DNA from: a virus
Strand: one strand, 5' to 3'
Virus record (IMG/VR): IMGVR_UViG_3300027741_000024
Coordinates: 82,311-146,310 of that record
DNA length: 64,000 nucleotides
A program made the position numbers and the translations under genes. Under the pieces are notes generated by a model, which was not told the origin of the DNA, did no database searches, and worked only from the letters and a program-made list of their open reading frames with translations. Below are positions 47,422-55,522 of the stretch, in pieces; position 1 is the first letter of the stretch, and every line of letters begins with the position of its first letter.

Positions 47422-47715
47422 ATGAGTGAAAATAATTTTGTAGGTGAGTCAAAAGAAGCAAAGAAAAGCCGTAAATGGTTAACCAATCTTTTAAATGAAT
47501 ATGTCGTTGAAGTTACATTCACGAAAAAAGATGGAACCGAGCGTGTAATGAATTGCACACTGCTGGAAGACTATTTGCCCGAAACTACAGGTGTAGGTCG
47601 TTCGGCAAGTTTTGATGCTGTATCAGTTTATGATGTTGACAAAGAAGATTGGCGTTCATTCCGCTGGGATTCTATCAAAGCAGTAAAAGTTGTCGTGGAG
47701 TCCGAAAATGCCTAA
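47422..47715 (+). CDS. WYL_2/Sm-like SH3 beta-barrel protein
   Basis: VTFTKKDGTERVMNCTL...VYDVDKEDWRSFRWDSI. Confidence 0.8.
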   Translation: MSENNFVGESKEAKKSRKWLTNLLNEYVVEVTFTKKDGTERVMNCTLLEDYLPETTGVGRSASFDAVSVYDVDKEDWRSFRWDSIKAVKVVVESENA

Positions 47716-47998
47716 GTATATTGTCGAGCAGTTGATGACATACCGTAATGTATATGTTGTTGAAGCGGATAATGAAGCAGAAGCGACTAAAGTTGCGGAA
47801 CATGCCGATGATAACTGGCAGAAGTTCCTTGGCACAACGAATATTGATATCAATGAATATACCGAAGAACGAATTGCATACTTTAAAGGAAAAGATTATT
47901 TCTGGAACGGTTGTTCATATGTTGATTCTGATGGATTTATCGCATATAGATATCCAAACGGTGATACAAATGAACCGAAAGAAATATTAGTTAAATAA
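47708..47998 (+). CDS. hypothetical protein
   Basis: GGAG SD; YVVEADNEAEA. Confidence 0.65.
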   Translation: MPKYIVEQLMTYRNVYVVEADNEAEATKVAEHADDNWQKFLGTTNIDINEYTEERIAYFKGKDYFWNGCSYVDSDGFIAYRYPNGDTNEPKEILVK

Positions 47999-48003
47999 AA
48001 AAT

Positions 48004-48077
48004 GCGGGATTAGTTTAATGGTAAAACTTGAGATTTCCAATCTTACGTTGTCAGTTCGATTCTGGCATCCCGCTCCA
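48004..48077 (+). tRNA. tRNA-Gly(UCC)
   Basis: GCGGGAT/ATCCCGC acceptor, TTTCCAA loop, U discriminator, CCA. Confidence 0.92.
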
Positions 48078-48088
48078 AATTCTATATT

Positions 48089-48283
48089 ATGACAAAAACT
48101 TGGACATTAGAAGTCAAAAAAATGATGGTGACTGATGACTATTACGTTGAGTTTCCAGAAGAGGTATTAGAAGAAGCAGGATGGAAACCTGGTGATACTT
48201 TGAAGTGGACAGATAAAGGTGATGGTTCATGGTCATTAACAAAGATTAATGAAAATACTGAGGACAATCCCGATGAGAAATGA
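48089..48283 (+). CDS. AbrB/MazE-like DNA-binding protein
   Basis: VEFPEEVLEEAGWKPGDTLKW...DGSWSLTK. Confidence 0.75.
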   Translation: MTKTWTLEVKKMMVTDDYYVEFPEEVLEEAGWKPGDTLKWTDKGDGSWSLTKINENTEDNPDEK

Positions 48284-48319
48284 TTAAATAGAGTAGCAGT
48301 ACAAACTTAGGAGAAAACT

Positions 48320-48394
48320 ATGAAGTGGACTACACCATCAGCACAAGATATGCGTTTTGGTTTTGAAATCACAATGTACATCGCAAATCGTTAA
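48320..48394 (+). CDS. pqqA: pyrroloquinoline quinone precursor peptide PqqA (not in ORF track)
   Basis: AGGAG SD; MKWTTPSAQDMRFGFEITMYIANR with W..P...D.RFGFE.TMY (ExxxY) signature. Confidence 0.92.
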   Translation: MKWTTPSAQDMRFGFEITMYIANR

Positions 48395-48396
48395 AC

Positions 48397-48420
48397 AAAA
48401 GAGACCTTAGGGTCTCTTTT
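48397..48420. terminator. bidirectional intrinsic terminator
   Basis: AAAAGAGACC-TTAG-GGTCTCTTTT between the convergent pqqA and ORF 48407-49186. Confidence 0.85.
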
Positions 48421-49186
48421 CAATTTCACAGTCAATCCATTTTAAATTATTGTACTTTTCATATAACCAACCACCTTTAGGCAATAAGCAGCGACCTAAT
48501 TCTGGCGAATGTTCTATTCGTACCTGAACAACTGCCCAAACTAACCAAACGAAATAAATTATAAAAGTTGCACCTATTCCGTATTTCCATGCTTCACATT
48601 TTATTTTATTAATTCTTTTTCTTTTTAGTATTGTTGCTTCTCTTTCCTTTTGCATTTTAATACGAATAGCAACACTTTGTTCTTCTTGAATTTTTTCCAT
48701 CATTGCTTCAACTTTGGTATACAAAGCACCTAATTCTGGAGGACATTGATATACCATAATTTCACGAAGTTCTGCTTGCATAGCCTGAAGTTTAGTTTGC
48801 ATCAAAACTCTAGATAAGGCACGTTTACCTACGCTATGTGGTCCATCATAAACTTCATATGCATGACTTTCTTCTTCTTCAAAGATAGCCATGCAAGTAG
48901 CCATATTTTCAAAGTAAGCACCTAAACTTTCACCGATTGCTGTATATACATCATCAGGTTGTTTTTTGCTTAGTTCTATTACACGATTTTTTTCTTGTAT
49001 GTACTGATTATGTTCAGCAACGGTAGGAGGACGATCTTTGTGGGCAGAATGGAATTGTGACTCAAGGTCGCCAAGAATACCCTTAACATCACTTGCTGCG
49101 GATGCTATTTCTTTGTAAAGTTTACACCCTTGCTTTACGGCAGCAACTGCACCATTTGCAAGGGCAAAGAGGGTAATTGGATCCAT
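48407..49186 (-). CDS. MDPIT-type coiled-coil membrane-anchored protein (only convincing minus-strand gene)
   Basis: 259 aa; AAGGA SD; C-terminal TM; CATAAATA on the minus strand at 49260-49267. Confidence 0.8.
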   Translation of the reverse strand: MDPITLFALANGAVAAVKQGCKLYKEIASAASDVKGILGDLESQFHSAHKDRPPTVAEHNQYIQEKNRVIELSKKQPDDVYTAIGESLGAYFENMATCMAIFEEEESHAYEVYDGPHSVGKRALSRVLMQTKLQAMQAELREIMVYQCPPELGALYTKVEAMMEKIQEEQSVAIRIKMQKEREATILKRKRINKIKCEAWKYGIGATFIIYFVWLVWAVVQVRIEHSPELGRCLLPKGGWLYEKYNNLKWIDCEIEKRP

Positions 49187-49244
49187 TTATCCTTTTAGTA
49201 ATCTTTCGTATGAGAAACATAAAAAAATTCAAAAAAGACAATAC

Positions 49245-49274
49245 TTGACAATCACGGTCTATTTATGTTATGAT
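49245..49274 (+). promoter_or_regulatory. sigma70-type promoter with a nested divergent late-promoter-like motif
   Basis: TTGACA-18-TATGAT with TGn; reverse-strand CATAAATA inside the spacer. Confidence 0.55.
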
Positions 49275-49310
49275 GCTGGATCCTGAACTAAATATGTGCC
49301 TGAGGGTATT

Positions 49311-50387
49311 ATGAGTAAATCAATTGACATTAAAGCAATCTTATCAAATAACAAAGAACCCAAGTTTTCGGGTGAGTTGTCACAAACAGAACTAACTCAA
49401 ACGCTGAGTTGGTACGCTCAAAATCGTGATAGTAAAGATGCAACAAAATATGCTATCGAATACTTCAAAAAGAAACTCAAAATCCAAGCGCCTGACGGTT
49501 TAAAATCACAAGCTCCTACCTTCGGGTACATCTGTCGGATTGTCAGTCTAGGAGGCGTCCTAAACGATTCCAACACCAAGTGGTTTGAAGATACTATTGA
49601 GGAACTGAAAAATGCAAAACAACCTGTTGCAAAAGTTGTCAAAGTTGCAAATGTTGTATCAATTCAAGATCATATCAAACGGAAAGCAGGTGAGTGTATC
49701 GCAGAATTAGAAGGCCAAATTGACGAATTAATAATTACTAAGTTTTCTGCTGATGTTTCACCTTATGCAATGATGAATACTTTGGAAATAAAAGGTGCTC
49801 ATACTAAATTTGTAATTGATCACTTTAAAACACGCCGAGCAGAATACGATGAAGTTTTGACAACTATAGATTCGGTTATGAAAGAAGGATATTCCAACTT
49901 TACAAAAGTGCAACTAAAGAAATTAGTGGCATATTGTGATCAAGTAATCGTTGACGGTATGAAACTTGCTGGTGAAGCGGTGAAGTCTCGTAAGCCAAGA
50001 AAGCGCAAAGTAAAATCGGCAGAACAGTTGGTAAGCAAAATGAATTATGCCAAAGATTTTGCTGAACTGAAATTAGTATCTGTTGATCCTAAAACAATTG
50101 TCGGTGCAAATCAATTGTGGGTGTACAATACCAAAACACGTAAACTTGGTGTATACATTGCTCTTGATGCTGCTGGACTAAGTATCAAAGGTTCAACGAT
50201 ACAAAATTTTGCTGAAAGTAAATCAATTTGTAAAACGATTCGTGTACCAACAACGACAAGAATGAATGAAGTGCTAAATGCAGGTAAAGTTGCATTACGT
50301 AATATATTAACTGATATTCGTGCCGCTGAAGGAAGGTTGACAGGCCGAATTAATAATGATACAATTTTATTGAGAACAGTGAAATGA
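49311..50387 (+). CDS. conserved T4-like phage hypothetical protein
   Basis: LWVYNTKTRKLGVY...SIKGSTI...GRINNDTILL. Confidence 0.8.
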   Translation: MSKSIDIKAILSNNKEPKFSGELSQTELTQTLSWYAQNRDSKDATKYAIEYFKKKLKIQAPDGLKSQAPTFGYICRIVSLGGVLNDSNTKWFEDTIEELKNAKQPVAKVVKVANVVSIQDHIKRKAGECIAELEGQIDELIITKFSADVSPYAMMNTLEIKGAHTKFVIDHFKTRRAEYDEVLTTIDSVMKEGYSNFTKVQLKKLVAYCDQVIVDGMKLAGEAVKSRKPRKRKVKSAEQLVSKMNYAKDFAELKLVSVDPKTIVGANQLWVYNTKTRKLGVYIALDAAGLSIKGSTIQNFAESKSICKTIRVPTTTRMNEVLNAGKVALRNILTDIRAAEGRLTGRINNDTILLRTVK

Positions 50388-51232
50388 TAATCTTTGACTT
50401 TAATCAAGTGGCAATCTCGTCACTTATGGAACAGATCGGTTCTTCCAAGAAACCTGTGGAAGAAAATTTGGTACGTCACATGATTTTAAATGTGATTCGT
50501 ACCTACGTGAAGAAATTCAAAGAGACACACGGACCGGAAGTTGTGATTGCTTGTGATAATCGGAATTACTGGCGCCGTGACTTTTTTCCACAGTATAAAG
50601 CATCCCGCAAGAAAAGTCGTGATGCATCTGGTCACGATTGGAATTCTATCTTTGAGTGCCTACATAAAATCAAAGAAGAATTGAAACTATATTCACCTTA
50701 TAAAGTGATTGATATTGACACCGCAGAGGCAGATGATATAATTGCAGTATTGACGATGAAATATGCAGCTCACGGTAAAGTGATGATACTTTCGTCAGAT
50801 AAAGACTTTGCACAATTACAAAAGTTTCCTAATGTTGAACAATTCTCACCAATACTGAAAAAGTTTATCAAAGAACCTCTGCCACATGTACAGTTGAAAC
50901 AGATGATCATTCGTGGTGACAAAGGCGATGGTATTCCAAATATTATGTCACCTGATGGTGTATTCGTTGATGGTGGTCGTCAGAAACCTATTACAGAAGC
51001 AAAGATCATTGTTTGGCTAAATCAAGAACCAAAAGAATTCTGCAATGAAGATATGCTACGCAATTACAAACGAAATGAATTACTAATTGACCTAACACAA
51101 ATACCTGAATTATTGCAGAAAACTATCATAGATACATATGAAAGCACCACTGTTAAAACAAGGCAGATTTTTATGAACTATATGATTGCTAACCGCTTAA
51201 AAAATCTATTGGAAATTATTGATGAGTTCTGA
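50384..51232 (+). CDS. rnh: T4-like RNase H (5'-3' exonuclease, FEN family)
   Basis: DFNQV, YWRRDFFPQYKASR, EADDII, SSDKDF.QL, GDKGDGIPN. Confidence 0.95.
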   Translation: MIIFDFNQVAISSLMEQIGSSKKPVEENLVRHMILNVIRTYVKKFKETHGPEVVIACDNRNYWRRDFFPQYKASRKKSRDASGHDWNSIFECLHKIKEELKLYSPYKVIDIDTAEADDIIAVLTMKYAAHGKVMILSSDKDFAQLQKFPNVEQFSPILKKFIKEPLPHVQLKQMIIRGDKGDGIPNIMSPDGVFVDGGRQKPITEAKIIVWLNQEPKEFCNEDMLRNYKRNELLIDLTQIPELLQKTIIDTYESTTVKTRQIFMNYMIANRLKNLLEIIDEF

Positions 51233-51653
51233 ACTATTATATTCCGAAATATTGGAACAATTTACAAATGCACCAACAAAAGAGGAGAAATTAAATGTTC
51301 TCCGTAGAAATGATGATCCAAGATTTCGATTCTTCTTGGAACTAGCATTGAATCCTAATGTTGAATGGGATATTCAATTACCATACAAGTACCGACCGGC
51401 AGTAGAACCTGCCGGTTTAAATTATGCATATCTAGATACAGAAATGCCTAAAATGTATCGGTTCATGAAAAATCATCCTAATCGTCCAAAAGAATTTACG
51501 GCCGAAAAAACAACACCACAACTTCAAGTTATTTTAGAAGCACTTCACAAAGATGAAGCGGCTATTCTTGCTGATTTAATTCGTAATAAATTTAAAGTAA
51601 AAGGTCTAACTGCGACTTTAGTCAAAGAAGCGTTTCCTGGTATAAACATATGA
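51219..51653 (+). CDS. conserved T4-like hypothetical protein (DUF6433-like)
   Basis: LEALHKDEA...KGLTATLVKEAFP. Confidence 0.75.
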   Translation: MMSSELLYSEILEQFTNAPTKEEKLNVLRRNDDPRFRFFLELALNPNVEWDIQLPYKYRPAVEPAGLNYAYLDTEMPKMYRFMKNHPNRPKEFTAEKTTPQLQVILEALHKDEAAILADLIRNKFKVKGLTATLVKEAFPGINI

Positions 51654-51740
51654 GTAAAGGATCGAAACCAAGACCAATAGAAGTGCCAATGAAAAAATTT
51701 GATGATAACTGGGATGCAATTTTTAAGAAAAAGGTGAAAC

Positions 51741-52493
51741 ATGAAAGTAGCAGTAGTGACTCCAACAATCGCATCAAGCACACTAAAGAAGTGCATTGAA
51801 TCGGTTGACAATCAAACTTATGAAGATTTAGTACATTACATTTATGTTGATGGTGAACAATATTTCGACACTGTTGATAAAGAAATTGTAGGCGCATCTA
51901 GAATTAGAACCGTTCATCTTGAAGAGAACGTTGGCAAAGGATGGTATGGTCATCGTGTATATGCAGCATGTGGTTTTCTTGTCAATGCTGATGTTATTTG
52001 TTATCTTGATGAGGACAACTGGCTTGAACCTAATCATGTTGAGACACTGGTTGAGAAAATCAAAGGCGGTGCTGATTGGTCATATTCACTAAGAAAGATT
52101 GTTGACAAAGACGGCGAATTTGTTTGTGAAGATAATTGTGAATCGCTAGGTAAATGGCCAGTATACTTTAAAAATGATCAGTATCACATAGACACATCAT
52201 CATTTATGGTGAAGCGTGATGTTGCTATTCGTGTAGGTCAAACATGGTATGGTCAATGGGGTGCAGATCGCCAATTCTTTGGTGCATTGAAACAATACTT
52301 TCCAAACTTTGCATGTTCTAAAGAATATTCATTGAACTATCGATTAGATGGTAATGAGAATTCAGTCAACAAGGAATTTTTTGATAAAGGTAATGCGGAG
52401 AATGAGAAACAGTATCCGAATGGTTTTCCTTGGAAACAAAAAGGTGGAACAGAATATATTGTTGGTCCTGGCATAACAATTGTAGGAGCATAA
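51741..52493 (+). CDS. family 2 glycosyltransferase
   Basis: VAVVTPT, CIESVDNQTY, YLDEDNW. Confidence 0.88.
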   Translation: MKVAVVTPTIASSTLKKCIESVDNQTYEDLVHYIYVDGEQYFDTVDKEIVGASRIRTVHLEENVGKGWYGHRVYAACGFLVNADVICYLDEDNWLEPNHVETLVEKIKGGADWSYSLRKIVDKDGEFVCEDNCESLGKWPVYFKNDQYHIDTSSFMVKRDVAIRVGQTWYGQWGADRQFFGALKQYFPNFACSKEYSLNYRLDGNENSVNKEFFDKGNAENEKQYPNGFPWKQKGGTEYIVGPGITIVGA

Positions 52494-52494
52494 T

Positions 52495-52992
52495 ATGAGA
52501 ATTCTTGATACAGCACTTGAAGGTGTAAGATTAGTTCAACCTGTTGTATATGAAGATTATCATGGCACAAACTTTGAAACATATAATGAAACAAAATTTC
52601 GTGATGAGATTATATTCAACAATTTTGTAGTGGACAGCATTTTTACATCACGTAAACATACCCTTCGTGGTATTCACGGAGATAACAAAACCAGCAAATT
52701 GGTATCGTGTTTGTATGGTACGATTCATATGGTTATTATCAATCGTGATCCTGATTCGAAACAATACAATCAGTGGTTCACTACTACATTATCTGACCGT
52801 AATAAGTATCAATTGTTGATACCACCAAAGTTTGGTAATGGTTATTTGGTTATGTCAGATGAAGCAGTGTTCAGTTACAAGTTAAGTGAATACTATGACC
52901 GTGATTCACAGTTTACAATCAAGTGGAATGATCCGATGCATAATTTCTTTTGGCCTATTAAAAATCCTATTCTATCGGAAAGAGATGCATGA
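52495..52992 (+). CDS. rmlC: dTDP-4-dehydrorhamnose 3,5-epimerase-like
   Basis: TLRGIH, KLVSCLYG, LLIPPKFGNG, YK...Y, IKWNDP, PILSERD. Confidence 0.88.
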   Translation: MRILDTALEGVRLVQPVVYEDYHGTNFETYNETKFRDEIIFNNFVVDSIFTSRKHTLRGIHGDNKTSKLVSCLYGTIHMVIINRDPDSKQYNQWFTTTLSDRNKYQLLIPPKFGNGYLVMSDEAVFSYKLSEYYDRDSQFTIKWNDPMHNFFWPIKNPILSERDA

Positions 52993-53942
52993 GAACAGCA
53001 TTGGTGACAGGTGGTGCAGGTTATCTTGGTAGTCATTTAGCAAAAGCATTAAAGAAAGCAGGTTATAAAACAATTTGCTTTGATATAAAATCTCCACGCA
53101 ACATGATCTATTGGGATCATGCAATACTTGGTGATATTCGTGATTTGATTTTAGAACGACCATTTAAAAGTGAAACGATTGATGTAGTATTTCATCTAGC
53201 GGGTCGAATTGAAGTTGGAGAATCTGTAGAACATCCAGAATTGTTCTGGGATGTTAATGTGGGTGGTACAACAAATCTTCTACAACTAATGAAAGAATAC
53301 AATGTTAGGAATATTGTTTATTCTTCTACTGCCGGTCTTTATCGTTCTACTGGGACGACACTCTCAGAAAAAGATCCAATAGATGATAACAATCCGTATG
53401 CTAATAGTAAGTATGCTGCGGAATGTGCAATTCGTAATTCAACAATGAATCATATCATCTTTAGGTTCTTCAATCTTGCTGGTGCTGATCCAGAGGGTGA
53501 AATGGGTGAAATGCATAATCCAGAAACTCATCTGATTCCAGTAATGTTTGAAAATCTAAATAACTTCGTTATCAATGGTTCAGATTACAGAACACCAGAC
53601 GGTACTTGCATTCGGGATTATGTACATGTATCTGATGTTGCTGATGCTCATGTTTCTGCTGACGAATATATGCAGACACGAATGGCAAATCAACCAACTT
53701 TATTCAATCTAGGAACTGGCAAAGGACATTCAGTATTAGAAGTAATTCAGGCAGCAATTGAAGAACTCAAAATACCTATTAATTATACATTTGGTCAAAA
53801 ACGTGAAGGTGATCCACCACGCCTTGTTGCTATCACCGACCTTGCCAAAAAATACCTTAAATTCAAACCTAAACACAACTTAAAATCTATATTGAGAACA
53901 GCATATGATTGGCATGAAAAACAAAGACGAAATAACATTTGA
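52989..53942 (+). CDS. galE: UDP-glucose 4-epimerase-like extended SDR
   Basis: TGGAGYLGSH, YANSK, PETHLIP, DGTCIRDYVHV.DVA.AH, NLGTG. Confidence 0.9.
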   Translation: MRTALVTGGAGYLGSHLAKALKKAGYKTICFDIKSPRNMIYWDHAILGDIRDLILERPFKSETIDVVFHLAGRIEVGESVEHPELFWDVNVGGTTNLLQLMKEYNVRNIVYSSTAGLYRSTGTTLSEKDPIDDNNPYANSKYAAECAIRNSTMNHIIFRFFNLAGADPEGEMGEMHNPETHLIPVMFENLNNFVINGSDYRTPDGTCIRDYVHVSDVADAHVSADEYMQTRMANQPTLFNLGTGKGHSVLEVIQAAIEELKIPINYTFGQKREGDPPRLVAITDLAKKYLKFKPKHNLKSILRTAYDWHEKQRRNNI

Positions 53943-54447
53943 TGACCACAATCACTTTCTTACTGGTGAAGTAACCGGTGAAAGTGTAGAAAAAACAATT
54001 CGTTGGATAATGATGGGATCACAAAATCCATCACCAGAACATCCTATGAAATTGTATATCAATTCAGAAGGCGGTAGTCTAAACGATGCATTTGCCTTGT
54101 TAGATGTAATGCGTACTTCTCCTGTACCTATCGCTACTGTCGGCATGGGTAATTTAATGAGTTCGGCATTTATGATATTTGCTGCTGGTACATTAGGTAG
54201 ACGAGCAATCGCCAGAAACACTAGCATTATGATTCATCAATATTCTTCCGATTATATTGGTAAATATCATGACATGAAAGCATATGTTGAAGAAATTGAT
54301 ACTATCAATCAACGAATGGTGGCAGAGTTGACACGAACTGGCAATTTGAGTGAATTAGAAGTAACAACCAAACTATTAAAACCGAGTGATGTTTGGATGT
54401 CTGCGGAGCAGTTGACAAAACTTGGATTTGCAGATATCGTTTTCTAG
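53914..54447 (+). CDS. clpP: ClpP-like protease subunit
   Basis: LYINSEGG, MSSAF (Ser), IMIHQ (His), D.WMSA...LGFAD. Confidence 0.85.
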   Translation: MKNKDEITFDDHNHFLTGEVTGESVEKTIRWIMMGSQNPSPEHPMKLYINSEGGSLNDAFALLDVMRTSPVPIATVGMGNLMSSAFMIFAAGTLGRRAIARNTSIMIHQYSSDYIGKYHDMKAYVEEIDTINQRMVAELTRTGNLSELEVTTKLLKPSDVWMSAEQLTKLGFADIVF

Positions 54448-54799
54448 GAGAGTAATAAATATGTTGTCTGGTGGCAAGAAGTTTCAAAAACCTGAAAAAA
54501 CCAAGTTTCGCAAAAATCGTGAAGCGAATGAATATTTACATAATGGTAAACAAAAACATCATGACAAGAGTCTATATCGACTTTTGAAACAGGAAAAAGA
54601 CCATGTTTAAAGACCTATTACTTAAACGGATTGCGGTTTTAGAAGCAAAGATGGCCGCATCCGAATATGACAAAATTGAGTTAGAAAATCTCCGAAAAGA
54701 ACTCGTCAAACTATCCGTACAGGACTTCGATGAAAGTCAACAGAACGAATCTACACAACAACTCCTCAAAGGATAGTGGTTTAATTGATCTCCTGTTTG

Positions 54800-54807
54800 T
54801 ATAAATA
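54800..54807 (+). promoter_or_regulatory. T4-type late promoter
   Basis: TATAAATA upstream of AGGAG and ATG 54827. Confidence 0.75.
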
Positions 54808-54826
54808 ACGAAATAGGAGATCAATT

Positions 54827-55519
54827 ATGCCATTAACAAAAATAACTACAGATTCTATCCAAAATAGTACAATTATTGCGGATGACTTAGCAAATGCGTC
54901 CGTTAATGGCGCCAAACTAGATATAACTTCGGTTAGTGGTAATACCTTAGGAATCAAGTCTGTTTCTGGTAACAATATTGGTCTTGGTGCCGTTTCTGGT
55001 AACAATATTGGTCTTGGTGCCATCACATCAAATGTGTTGGCATCAAATCTAGCATTTTCAACTATCCGAGTAAATGAGACTGCTAATGTAAACACATCCA
55101 GTTCTGGTCCAAGCGGAACGATTAATATTGATGTTGCAAACAGCACTGTTTATGTTTTTGGTGCAAACTCTACGGCAAATCTCTCATTCAATCTTCGTGC
55201 AAATACAAGAAATACATTTGACTCAGTTATTCAAACGGGACAGAGTATTTCTGTAGCAATATTAGTTAAACATGGACTTAATCGTCATACGGCTAATCTT
55301 TTTATTGATGGCACTTTGCTTTCTGGTTACACAGTGCTGACTAATCAAGCTGGTTCATTTACAGGTAACAATATAATCTATGCAGGAAACACTCAACCCG
55401 CTTATGCGTCTTTGACTGGATCATATCCAGAAGTGCAACTTTTCAATTACTCAGTATTCAAAACTGCGGCAAACCAATACACTGTGGTTGCCAGTAACAC
55501 TATATTTGGAATCGGATAA
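54827..55519 (+). CDS. tail-fibre-associated structural protein candidate
   Basis: MPLTKIT, IIADDLANASV..AKL repeats, C-terminal YSVFKTAANQYTV. Confidence 0.65.
   Translation: MPLTKITTDSIQNSTIIADDLANASVNGAKLDITSVSGNTLGIKSVSGNNIGLGAVSGNNIGLGAITSNVLASNLAFSTIRVNETANVNTSSSGPSGTINIDVANSTVYVFGANSTANLSFNLRANTRNTFDSVIQTGQSISVAILVKHGLNRHTANLFIDGTLLSGYTVLTNQAGSFTGNNIIYAGNTQPAYASLTGSYPEVQLFNYSVFKTAANQYTVVASNTIFGIG
54962..55021 (+). repeat. perfect 30-bp in-frame tandem duplication
   Basis: GTTTCTGGTAACAATATTGGTCTTGGTGCC x2 (VSGNNIGLGA). Confidence 0.9.
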
Positions 55520-55522
55520 ACT

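Noticed and set aside
42140-55021. CRISPR-like array from the short repeats (8-mer x3, 16-mer x2, 30-mer x2)
   Set aside because: There is no repeat-spacer periodicity and no cas genes. The PD-(D/E)XK exonuclease at 61946 lacks the Cas4 Cys cluster.
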